From Verrucomicrobiota bacterium (lineage in GTDB: Bacteria; Verrucomicrobiota; Verrucomicrobiia; Limisphaerales; JAIPKD01): a DNA stretch of 64,000 nucleotides. The position numbers were made by a program, and so were the translations under genes. The notes beneath the pieces were generated by a model. It saw nothing but the letters and a program-made list of their open reading frames with translations, was not told where the DNA came from and searched no databases. Positions 38,368-47,113 of the stretch are shown here, one piece after another (within the stretch, counting starts at the first letter, position 1; each line of letters opens with the position of its first letter). The stretch covers positions 4,902 to 68,901 of the forward strand of contig JAIPKD010000003.1 in the NCBI GenBank assembly GCA_021733835.1. The letters run 5' to 3'.

Positions 38368-39276
38368 TTAACTCCGATCTCCCACCGGATTCGGCGGCTC
38401 CACGCCGGCGGCGGGTGCATCGCTTAACTTTTCCTCCACCGCGTCTATCCTCTCCTGAATCCGGTCGGGCACGGGCGAGTACTGTTTCCACATGCGCATG
38501 TATTCGAGCGCTTTACTCAAATTACCCGCATTCTCCTCGAGCAATGATAAACTGCTCAATATCCGCGCGGCAAGAAATTCATCCATCTCTTTGCCGTCGG
38601 CGCGATTCTTTAAGTTCCGCCAGGCCGCCAGGAACAGGTTCCGCGCCTTCGCCGGATCGTTCTGTTCCTCATTGAAGATGCGTCCCAATTCGAACAAGAT
38701 TTCCGGATTCCCCGGGTTTGCATTGAGACCTTCCCTCAGAAATCGTTCGGCTTCCTTCACTTTTCCCATGTGCGCCCTCAACCAGTAAGCGCCGACCACA
38801 TATGTTTGCACGCGATTCGCATCCAGCTCCGCGGAGAAGCGCAGCCAAGGGAGTATCTCGCTTGCCTCGCCCGCCTTTTCCAGATGCTGATGCTCGGACG
38901 GATGGAAGTACCGTCCGAACCTGGATATCCAGTCGCCGCCCTCCGGGCCGAATTCAGGGAGATCGTGGTATTCCTCCTCATGCGAATCAGTCTCACTGCC
39001 GCCGGCATGCATATGCTCGACCATATGCGAGCCTTCGGCGTCCGGCCGTACCCTGTCAAATATCCCCGGATAGAAGCCCTTGTGAAAATATTCGTCGGCC
39101 TTCACAAACATCATATCCGATAAGACGCTGCGGCTCTCGCCGAGCCAGGCCTCCAGGATATCCGTACCCTGTTCATGCGCGGCAGACCATTCCTGCTGCC
39201 ACAACACAAGCCGCGACGCGGCGGTCACGCAAACCGCCCAAATCAATATCACGAACATGTAAGGCGACCCCGTCAT
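38368..39276 (-). CDS. membrane-anchored TPR-like protein, function unknown
   Basis: An N-terminal TM helix followed by TPR-like helical repeats (e.g. KVKEAERFLREGLNANPGNPEILFELGRIF). It is the last gene of the ABC ATPase-permease operon, with an 11-nt gap. Confidence 0.45.
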   Translation of the reverse strand: MTGSPYMFVILIWAVCVTAASRLVLWQQEWSAAHEQGTDILEAWLGESRSVLSDMMFVKADEYFHKGFYPGIFDRVRPDAEGSHMVEHMHAGGSETDSHEEEYHDLPEFGPEGGDWISRFGRYFHPSEHQHLEKAGEASEILPWLRFSAELDANRVQTYVVGAYWLRAHMGKVKEAERFLREGLNANPGNPEILFELGRIFNEEQNDPAKARNLFLAAWRNLKNRADGKEMDEFLAARILSSLSLLEENAGNLSKALEYMRMWKQYSPVPDRIQERIDAVEEKLSDAPAAGVEPPNPVGDRS

Positions 39277-39287
39277 AATCCACTAAA

Positions 39288-40064
39288 TCAACTCAACACC
39301 TGCCGTCTGAATACCAGCCATGCGCACACAATTAAAAAAATCGAATACGCCGCGGCATATAATGTCGCCATGCCCACAGCCCACCAAGGCGCCAGGCCCC
39401 AGTCATGAATAACTAAATCACGCATGTCGAAAAACTCCAGATGCGGCAATGAATAGTACGCCACACACAGGATCGTCCTGGCCGGTTCGACCATTTCCAA
39501 CGCAAACATCCTGAGATTACGGCCGATAAGGAGTATCCCCACCGAAATAAGCAAGACTATCGTTACATTCGATGAGGGCGCCGTAAATACGACCGACCCG
39601 AATATGGTCAGCGCCGACACGACACCCAGCATCATCCAGTGCATCCAAACCGCCTGGAGTATATTAAGCACAGGCCAGTAATGTTCACGCGTCCCGGTTA
39701 TGATCGCGAAAAAGAGGTAGAACACAACAAGCGCAATCCCTGCCGCAAACCAGCAGCCCAGGAACTTGCCCAGCACTAACTCCCAGCGAGTCACCGGCTT
39801 CGCCAGCAGCGGGAATATCGTGCATGTCTCCTTCTCAAACGGTATCTGCCGCGCCGCAGTAACTACCGCTATTACTAGTGTCGACACCCAGATAAGGAGC
39901 AAACATATCTCCTTCAGATACCTGACGATCCGGGCGTCGTTGAAAAAGTTCATTGCCCCGAGCCCAAGCGTAATCAAGGCGGTTAAGATAAACAGTACAT
40001 AAAAATCCTTCCGCCGGTAAAGCTCCTTTATGACTATTCCGCCGATGGCCAACGCGTTTTTCAT
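39288..40064 (-). CDS. ABC-2 type transporter permease
   Basis: A 258-aa protein with six predicted TM helices, directly downstream of an ABC ATPase gene. Confidence 0.55.
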   Translation of the reverse strand: MKNALAIGGIVIKELYRRKDFYVLFILTALITLGLGAMNFFNDARIVRYLKEICLLLIWVSTLVIAVVTAARQIPFEKETCTIFPLLAKPVTRWELVLGKFLGCWFAAGIALVVFYLFFAIITGTREHYWPVLNILQAVWMHWMMLGVVSALTIFGSVVFTAPSSNVTIVLLISVGILLIGRNLRMFALEMVEPARTILCVAYYSLPHLEFFDMRDLVIHDWGLAPWWAVGMATLYAAAYSIFLIVCAWLVFRRQVLS

Positions 40065-40131
40065 GGTAACTCAATACAAATTCACACACCCAGCTGCGCG
40101 TCCGCGCGCGATACAAACGTCCTGTTTTAGT

Positions 40132-40875
40132 TTAAACCCCCGATCCGATAATCTCCAAAAACGCCTTCTCGAGGTTCCCGGCGTACGCAGACACCAATTC
40201 CTGAACCGTACCTTCGGCCTTCAATTCGCCCCGGTGCATTATCACCACTCTATCACAAACGGTTTCCACTTCACCGAGCTCGTGCGAAGAGAAGAAGACC
40301 GTCTTACCTTCTTCTTTAAGACGCCGAATAATCTCGCGCACCTTCATCCTCCCCAGCGGGTCCAGCCCACTGGTCGGCTCATCCAGGATCAATAAATCCG
40401 GCTCGTTTATCAGCGCCTGCGCCAAACCGACTCGCTGCTGCATCCCCTTCGAATACGTCCGTATAGCGCGGTCTCCGGCATCCTCGAGGTCGACAAGCCG
40501 CAACACACGGGCGATCCGCGCCTCCGTCTCACCGCGGGGAATCCGGAATATCCCGGCATAAAACCGCAGCAGCTCCACAGCGGATAAAAACCGGTAGTAA
40601 TACGTCTGCTCCGGAAGGTACCCGATCCGCTGCCGCGCGATCGGACGCCTCACGTCCACACCAAACAGGTAGGCCGTGCCGCTTGTCGGCGGGAGGAATC
40701 CGAGCAGCACATTCATCGTCGTGGTCTTGCCGGCGCCGTTCGGCCCCAGGAAACCGAAGGCCTCACCCTCACGAACCTTCAAATTGAGGTCTTTTACCGC
40801 CCACTCGGGCGGCACGCCCATCTTACTTCCGCGATAACTGATATATAAATCAGAGACTTCGAGGACAGCTTGCAT
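40132..40875 (-). CDS. ABC transporter ATP-binding protein
   Basis: Walker A GPNGAGKTT, signature YSKGMQQR and Walker B LLILDEP. The start was chosen at the internal Met (MQAVLEVSDL) at 40875 to give the typical N-terminus. Confidence 0.88.
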   Translation of the reverse strand: MQAVLEVSDLYISYRGSKMGVPPEWAVKDLNLKVREGEAFGFLGPNGAGKTTTMNVLLGFLPPTSGTAYLFGVDVRRPIARQRIGYLPEQTYYYRFLSAVELLRFYAGIFRIPRGETEARIARVLRLVDLEDAGDRAIRTYSKGMQQRVGLAQALINEPDLLILDEPTSGLDPLGRMKVREIIRRLKEEGKTVFFSSHELGEVETVCDRVVIMHRGELKAEGTVQELVSAYAGNLEKAFLEIIGSGV

Positions 40876-41086
40876 TTCCCATAATTTCCAATATTCACTA
40901 CGGTTTTGCAACACAAGAATTCGCCCGAAATTACATAAACCTCTTCTTTTAAGTTGCATCGCTCGGCGGTTTTGTGCATCCTAGGCCTGCTTGTGTCGGG
41001 GCGGTGTCCGCGATACACCGTTTTTCAGGCCGAAAATATGGCATGGGTAATGCTGAAAACACGCAGCGATAGGCTTGATTGACAGA

Positions 41087-41115
41087 TTGACATACGACCG
41101 GCGATCATCTAAGAT
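41087..41115 (+). promoter_or_regulatory. candidate sigma70-type promoter
   Basis: TTGACA (41087-41092), a 17-nt spacer and TAAGAT (41110-41115), 28 nt before the ATG at 41143. A second TTGAca-like hexamer lies 9 nt upstream. Confidence 0.35.
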
Positions 41116-41142
41116 TGAATCTGGTTAAATTGGAAAATTATA

Positions 41143-41892
41143 ATGTTAGTAAGAGCTTCATTAATTGTAGCGGTATTGGCGGGTTTGGCCGCGCTCGGTT
41201 TGAGTCATTTCAAGGTAGCTGAAAAGATTGAAAAGATCACCACCGAACGCGACAATTACCACAATAATTTGATCGCCACACAAAGCGAGCTCAGCTCTAC
41301 GCAAACGGAGCTGGACAGCACGATCGCGGAACTGGAGCAGACGCGCCAGTCACTAAACACAACGTCCAACGAGCTCCAGATCACAAAATCGGACTTACGC
41401 GAGCAAACCTCCAGGGCAAATGAGTTGAACGCCGAGCTCCTTACCGTCACCGAACAGAAAAACAAGGCACAGGAAGAACTCGCCGCATGGAAAGCGCTCG
41501 GTATCCCGCCCTCGCAGATCAGCCAACTTCAGCAGGACTTAAAAAACGCGCGCAAAACAAACGAAGTATACGCAGCCGAACTCGAGATTCTCGAGGAAAA
41601 CACACGCCAGCTTGAAGCAAAGCTCAGGCACTATGAAATGCCTAGTTATGTACCGGATATGCCGCCGATGAAAGGTAAGATCGTCTCGATCGATCCAAAA
41701 TGGAAGTTTGTTATCCTTAACATCGGTTCAGACCAAGGCGTGGTCAAGAACGGCGAGCTCCTCGTCAGCCGCGAAGGTAATCTGATCGGTAAAGTGAAGG
41801 TCACCAGCGTCGAACCCGACCGTTGCATTGCAAACATTATGGAAGACTGGGCCCAAACGAATATCGTCGAAGGCGATATCGTACTCAACTGA
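41143..41892 (+). CDS. membrane-anchored coiled-coil protein, function unknown
   Basis: An N-terminal TM helix, about 150 aa of heptad-rich Q/E/L sequence, and a C-terminal beta-rich domain (GKIVSIDPKWKFVILNIGSDQGVVKNGELLVSREGNLIGKVKV). Confidence 0.45.
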   Translation: MLVRASLIVAVLAGLAALGLSHFKVAEKIEKITTERDNYHNNLIATQSELSSTQTELDSTIAELEQTRQSLNTTSNELQITKSDLREQTSRANELNAELLTVTEQKNKAQEELAAWKALGIPPSQISQLQQDLKNARKTNEVYAAELEILEENTRQLEAKLRHYEMPSYVPDMPPMKGKIVSIDPKWKFVILNIGSDQGVVKNGELLVSREGNLIGKVKVTSVEPDRCIANIMEDWAQTNIVEGDIVLN

Positions 41893-41899
41893 TCCTGTT

Positions 41900-42085
41900 A
41901 TGAAACAGCTCCGAAAACAGAAGAGTAAGGTTTTTTACTTTCTACTCCTCCCCTGCCTCTTCGCACTCGTCATTTCCACCACCGGCTGCCGGAGCACCGA
42001 CCCGGAGAACGTCTCCTCCCAACCATGGAACACACCGAAAAGCTGGGAACATGGACTGCCCGGGGGGATGTTCGAAGGCCGATAA
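41900..42085 (+). CDS. small lipoprotein, function unknown
   Basis: The internal ATG at 41900 gives MKQLRKQKSKVFYFLLLPCLFALVISTTGC, a signal peptide plus lipobox. It lies 8 nt after the upstream stop. Confidence 0.4.
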   Translation: MKQLRKQKSKVFYFLLLPCLFALVISTTGCRSTDPENVSSQPWNTPKSWEHGLPGGMFEGR

Positions 42086-42293
42086 TAACCGCCGTTTCCG
42101 GAATCATTTAACGAATCCCCCCGCTCAGATTGTGAACTGTAAAGGGAGACGTGTACGGCAACGGAGAATTAAATCCGAAGCACTATAATATCGAAGTACG
42201 GGTCTAATGATCGAAACCTAAGCAACGCTGTAGGGTTCTTACATACTCAGCCGCGCTCGTCGGATTCGCAGCAGTGTGCATTAGGGACAGTTT

Positions 42294-43766
42294 TTATCTC
42301 GAAGCGAATTCCATCTCCTCGTCCGACTTGGCCTCGGCCACTGGAACACTCTCGCCGCCCGCCAACTTCGTATACGTCCAAAGCAACAGGAATGCAATCG
42401 CAGCCATGACCAATCCGAATGCGCCCGGATCAAAGGCATCCTTGGAAATTGCGAATCGCGCGAATAATGCCCCCGCTATGCCGACCAGCATGACGGCAAA
42501 TATCTTCGTGGATGAAAGTCGTATAGAGGGGAATGTGGCTGATAGACATGGAATCACTATGGCGGGCGCCCAGAGACTGTACGAAATCAGGAGGATATCC
42601 AGAATATTGGGTATCAGGTAAGCGATCAAGACCGCAAGCCCGCCTAAGCCCAGACAGACATAGCGCGAAAGCCTAAGCATCGGCTTGGAACCGGCTTGAA
42701 ACTTCTCATGGAGACCAAGTGGTTCGATGAAATCCTTCACCACGATATTAGTCCCGGAATTCAGGATTGAATCGCCCGAGGACATGACGGCCGAAATAAG
42801 GGCGCCTAAGATAATTCCGCTGACCCACGGATTATGCAGTTCTCGAATAACTGCGGGCAGCGCCATCTGCGGATCGAGGCTATCCCGGAGAAGCACCCTC
42901 GCGCTGAGGGCGATCGTAAAAATCAGAAAAGGCATGATAAGTAAGAGCAGCAATCCGCTGCCGGCTATCCCCCAACGGATATTCTTCCTGTCCTTACCCG
43001 CGCAGAACCGCGTTACATACGCAGGCGCAAACATCTCGCCCGTTGCAAACGCTATGAACGTGCCTATTACGAAAAGCATTCCCTTGTTGCTGGTGATATT
43101 GAAAAAATATTCGGGTACATTTTCAAAACCGTGCCCCTGCAACTTGATGCCACACATAACGGCGGTTATCGAAAAACCTATAAATAGAATGAGGAACTGT
43201 ATTAAATCCGTCCAGACAACCGCATAGAGCCCGCCGGCCAAGTTGTAAACGATCACGGTAAGCGCGCCAATTCCCAGGGCGATCAAGTACATCGTGTTCT
43301 CACTCACGAATTCCAAGGGCGGCATAAGCTGCAACACCACATTCCCGAACGCCACCATCTGCGCCGCAAGCAGACCTACCGAAAAGATCAGCGACAAAAC
43401 AGCAGCCAGCCATTTGACGTTGTCTTTGAACCTACACCCCAGGAAACCGGCGACTGTGTAGACCCGCATCCCCCTGAACTGCGGCGCCACGAAGAATCCC
43501 GAAAAAATCAGCTGCAGATACCAGCCGGTCGAGACGGCGGCCATTAAAATGCCCCACTCATAGGAGCGGCTGATTGCGCCCATACTTGCGCCGCCGCCGA
43601 TCAGCGTGGCGCTTGTGGTCGCCAGTATCAGGAACCATCCGAATCGGCGACCCGCCACAAGGAAGTCGTCTGAGTCTTTTATCTTCGCCGCGAATCTGAA
43701 ACCGATAAAAAGGATTAACGCAAAATACCCCGCAACGATCGAATAAAGTATCAGTCTATCAGACAT
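42294..43766 (-). CDS. sodium:solute symporter (SSS) family transporter
   Basis: A 490-aa protein with about 13 TM helices. The N-terminal pattern DFLVAGRRFGWFLILATTSATLIGGGASMG is typical of the SSF family. Confidence 0.85.
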   Translation of the reverse strand: MSDRLILYSIVAGYFALILFIGFRFAAKIKDSDDFLVAGRRFGWFLILATTSATLIGGGASMGAISRSYEWGILMAAVSTGWYLQLIFSGFFVAPQFRGMRVYTVAGFLGCRFKDNVKWLAAVLSLIFSVGLLAAQMVAFGNVVLQLMPPLEFVSENTMYLIALGIGALTVIVYNLAGGLYAVVWTDLIQFLILFIGFSITAVMCGIKLQGHGFENVPEYFFNITSNKGMLFVIGTFIAFATGEMFAPAYVTRFCAGKDRKNIRWGIAGSGLLLLLIMPFLIFTIALSARVLLRDSLDPQMALPAVIRELHNPWVSGIILGALISAVMSSGDSILNSGTNIVVKDFIEPLGLHEKFQAGSKPMLRLSRYVCLGLGGLAVLIAYLIPNILDILLISYSLWAPAIVIPCLSATFPSIRLSSTKIFAVMLVGIAGALFARFAISKDAFDPGAFGLVMAAIAFLLLWTYTKLAGGESVPVAEAKSDEEMEFASR

Positions 43767-43771
43767 AACAG

Positions 43772-44854
43772 CTATTCAACATTCATCATCGATTGTAACC
43801 AGTCCTCACACAGTCCGGTCTTATCGCACCAGGCCATTTGCATGGCCTCGGCCCGCACTTTATCGAGGTGCGCCGAGCGTACGTGGAATCCGGCATCGCC
43901 CCAATGCTTCGATATCCACTCCTTGAACCTGTCCTGCGAATACCAATTCGATCTGTAACCATGCCAGGTGCTGATTTTTCCGGTCTCCAGCGTCTCTTCC
44001 ACCGCCTTCGGATCGCGTTGCAGTCTGTGCCGATCCTCCGCGACGGCGCCGTTCTCATCGAGCACGGCCACATCGATATAGGGCGTCGGATCATATGCGC
44101 GCTTGTAATACATCGGTATGCAGTCGGTCGTGCGCAAGTCATACTTGTCGCTCGTCAACCATGAAGGCGCGCCGGCAACGTCCAATGTCGATTCGTACTG
44201 CCCCAGCATATGGCTGCGCATAAACTTCTTGCAGAACGCGGAGATAAAGCCGACGCCGTTATTCTTGTTAATGGTCCGGCCGACGGCGTCAAAGAGCTTT
44301 TCCGCGCCTTCGGTGCCTTGCATGACGCCGATCGAATTGATGAGGCATACAACCACCGGCAACACGTCTTCAGGTAAATCAACCGGATCAAACGCCGAGC
44401 CTTCGATGAGTTTGACCTTTGTATCGATCAACCTTCCGATTCCGGCGTCCTCGAACTTCTTCTTCGCCAGATTCAGCATCTCCGCTGAAAAATCGATGCC
44501 GACCATGTACTCGATACGCCCGGCAAGCTCGTGATTGTACACGTACTTGATCCTGTGTGCGTTGAGCTTGGCGGTCTCGGCGGGCGGCAGCGCCTTATCA
44601 TCCTCGGTTTGAACGGCGTATCTCAACAGCGTCCGCGCCGATCCGCAGCCCAGATCGACAACCGCCAGTTTCTTGTCCGTCGTACGCGCCAGATGTAGAA
44701 GTAATTTTTCGATAAGTGTCTCTTCGAATTCTTCGGCGTATGTAATGTCGGGATGCCCGCCGACGATACGCTTTTCATAAGGGGAGGCGCATTTATCCCA
44801 TACTTTACGGTCGTGTTCTGTCGTTCCAGCAAAATCAGTTTTCTCGATATCCAT
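43772..44854 (-). CDS. class I SAM-dependent methyltransferase with a C-terminal extension of unknown function
   Basis: Motif I VVDLGCGSARTLL and post-I MVGIDFSAEML. The roughly 150 C-terminal residues match nothing I recognise. Confidence 0.6.
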   Translation of the reverse strand: MDIEKTDFAGTTEHDRKVWDKCASPYEKRIVGGHPDITYAEEFEETLIEKLLLHLARTTDKKLAVVDLGCGSARTLLRYAVQTEDDKALPPAETAKLNAHRIKYVYNHELAGRIEYMVGIDFSAEMLNLAKKKFEDAGIGRLIDTKVKLIEGSAFDPVDLPEDVLPVVVCLINSIGVMQGTEGAEKLFDAVGRTINKNNGVGFISAFCKKFMRSHMLGQYESTLDVAGAPSWLTSDKYDLRTTDCIPMYYKRAYDPTPYIDVAVLDENGAVAEDRHRLQRDPKAVEETLETGKISTWHGYRSNWYSQDRFKEWISKHWGDAGFHVRSAHLDKVRAEAMQMAWCDKTGLCEDWLQSMMNVE

Positions 44855-44891
44855 GTCGGTTTATTCGGTCTATCCGGTTTCTTTCTCTTTC

Positions 44892-46121
44892 CTAGGCTGA
44901 ATTGTCATTGTTTAATTTCCGCCCCTCCTCCGTCACCGGTTCCGAAGGATTCGTGTTATTCGAATCTGCAGGGGCGTTCTGTTTCTTTGGCCGTCTTCTC
45001 CTGCCGGTCGTCCCGGCGCCGGCGGTGGAATTATTTACGGGTTTCTTGTCTTCCACAACCACTTTCTCGATATACTTGCTGTTCATCAAACTGAGTGTAG
45101 CCGAATAATTCGGCCTGAACCTGACGAAGCCGCCCACCTTCGGCGATCCGGTTGTATTCTGAAGATTGACAACAGTCAAGTCGGAGCTTGCCCCGGCTAT
45201 CTGCGTAGACGAATCGACCGGCTCCAGGCCCGAGACGTCGCAGTCCAGCTGCCCAATCGCCACCAGGGCGCGCGTCCCGCGGGAGCCGGGTTTGATTTGA
45301 TCCAGCGGCACCGAAGGAAACGGGTTCACCTCACCGGTTTCGCCGATCGGTGTCAGACTCTTCTCCTTGCGCTCGACAACTTCTGCGTGCAGCTCGAATA
45401 CGTCGTCGCGCAACGGCGGTAATGTGCGGCCGCCGGCCAAATCATTCCCCAGAAAAAGCGTTTCACCAATCCTGAAATGGTTAATATTCTTAGGCAACAC
45501 CTCCCGGAGAACCATCGGCAATGCCACGCTCGTACCGGCGCTGATCAGCGGCAGCCGGATTTTGAATTTCAGTTCCAATAATTCCTTGTACAAGGCCAGC
45601 TGCATTAACTGTTCGACGGACGGCACCGTGCCGTGGAGGCAGCCGAGATTGGCGCCGATCCCCCAGACCTCAATGTTCTCAAGGGCCAAAACCGACTCGT
45701 AGAACTTGATCAGACTCCCGGGCAGGATACCCTCTCGCAGCTCGCCGAGTTCAATCATGATAATCACATTGTGCTTCTTGTCCTGCCGCCGCGCCTCGGC
45801 GTCCAAGGCGCGAATGGTCGACAACTCGGAATTCAAACTCACATTGCAATACCGTACCACGTCATCGATCTGCGATAACGCCGGCGGACGCAGATACCAG
45901 GTCTCGCAATTCGGATTGATCTTTCGGATGGTCTCCAGGTTCATCAGCCGCGAGCCGGCGAAGCATCTGATCCCCATATCCAGCAACGCGGTTAACGTCG
46001 GCTCATGCCCGCAAAGCAGCTTGATGACAACGCACCAAGATCGTTGATGTCGTTCCATCCATGATTGGATAGTGCGGAAATTGTGTTCCAGCGCCGTTTT
46101 ATTGATCTCTAGACGTGTCAT
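44892..46121 (-). CDS. PLP-dependent amino-acid racemase-like protein (alanine racemase N-terminal fold, COG3457 / ornithine-racemase-like)
   Basis: VVIKLLCGHEPTLTALLDMGIRCFAGSRLMNLETIRK fits the Lys-containing motif of predicted amino-acid racemases. There is a low-complexity tail of about 50 aa. Confidence 0.55.
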   Translation of the reverse strand: MTRLEINKTALEHNFRTIQSWMERHQRSWCVVIKLLCGHEPTLTALLDMGIRCFAGSRLMNLETIRKINPNCETWYLRPPALSQIDDVVRYCNVSLNSELSTIRALDAEARRQDKKHNVIIMIELGELREGILPGSLIKFYESVLALENIEVWGIGANLGCLHGTVPSVEQLMQLALYKELLELKFKIRLPLISAGTSVALPMVLREVLPKNINHFRIGETLFLGNDLAGGRTLPPLRDDVFELHAEVVERKEKSLTPIGETGEVNPFPSVPLDQIKPGSRGTRALVAIGQLDCDVSGLEPVDSSTQIAGASSDLTVVNLQNTTGSPKVGGFVRFRPNYSATLSLMNSKYIEKVVVEDKKPVNNSTAGAGTTGRRRRPKKQNAPADSNNTNPSEPVTEEGRKLNNDNSA

Positions 46122-46621
46122 CGCTGAAAACGCATTTCGGCGTATTTCTCGGTGAAGCCGACTTTGCGGTATAGCCTTCGCGCCGGATTCTCCTGTTCTA
46201 CGTGAAGCTTAAAATCACCCGGGAATTCGTTCAATGTTGCCTCGATCAACCGCCCGCCGAGTCCCTTACCGCGCTGCTCCGGTGCGACCGCTATATAAAC
46301 AAGGATGTTATCGGGTATATAACCGCCCATCCCTGTCTTGTTCACCACAACGAATCCCACATACCGGCCTGCGACCTTGCCTATCAGCACGCCGCCGCCC
46401 GGCTTACCGTCTTTCCCAAGCGCGTAGTCCACCGCCTTATGAATCGCCGGCGGCGTGTCGTTGTATGGCTTCAACCACTCATACAATAAAGATTCAACCT
46501 CGTCCCTGGGATGCTCGGAAGGCCATTCAGACTCGTCCCTAATCTTTACAATCTCCAAATCTTCTTTCCCTGATCCACCGCAGCAACAATCGCCGCCGCT
46601 TACATTGTTTCCATCATTCAT
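46118..46621 (-). CDS. GNAT family N-acetyltransferase
   Basis: Acetyl-CoA-binding motif A (VAPEQRGKGLGGRLIEA). The N-terminus is unusual and Cys/Gly-rich (GGDCCCGGSG). There is a 4-nt overlap with the downstream racemase-like gene. Confidence 0.75.
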   Translation of the reverse strand: MNDGNNVSGGDCCCGGSGKEDLEIVKIRDESEWPSEHPRDEVESLLYEWLKPYNDTPPAIHKAVDYALGKDGKPGGGVLIGKVAGRYVGFVVVNKTGMGGYIPDNILVYIAVAPEQRGKGLGGRLIEATLNEFPGDFKLHVEQENPARRLYRKVGFTEKYAEMRFQR

Positions 46622-46912
46622 AGTAATCCTTCCTTAAAGTTTCGTTAACTCTTTAAACTCTTTTGATGCTCTCCCCTTTTATGAAGGCATTGAGGAAATT
46701 CCAGCTTAAATCATCCGGCGGCCAATCTTGATACATCTCTATTCAGCTCGTTGTAAACCATCAACGCGGCCGCCACACAAAAATCCCTGAAAGGACTTTC
46801 AAGTAAAACTGAAATCCGTGGCGCGATTAAATCGTTTATCACTCTCAAAACTCACTGCCGGAATTTTGACGCCTTTTTACATATCAGTCAAGAACTGTCG
46901 AAGTACCCCCGG

Positions 46913-47060
46913 CAGTTCTCATTTTAGGGCGGAGCGCGGCTGTGTCCGAAGGATCAGCCGCAGCAGCCTCGAATGCAGGGCTTTATTCGATTGCCGGGGG
47001 CAACGGCTTTTCGAGAGTGCTGCGGCCGGCTTTCAGCACAGTCTCGCTTTGAAGATTGAG
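46913..47060. repeat. palindromic MITE/REP-like element, copy 3 (full length)
   Basis: The left arm is ttctcattttagggcggagcgcggctgtgtccgaaggatcagccgcagcagc. The right arm, gtgctgcggccggctttcagcacagtctcgctttgaagattgag, is its imperfect reverse complement. Confidence 0.65.
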
Positions 47061-47113
47061 CACGCCCGATATTATGCGGATTATCGCAATTTACCACTGG
47101 GGCTTTTTCTCTG

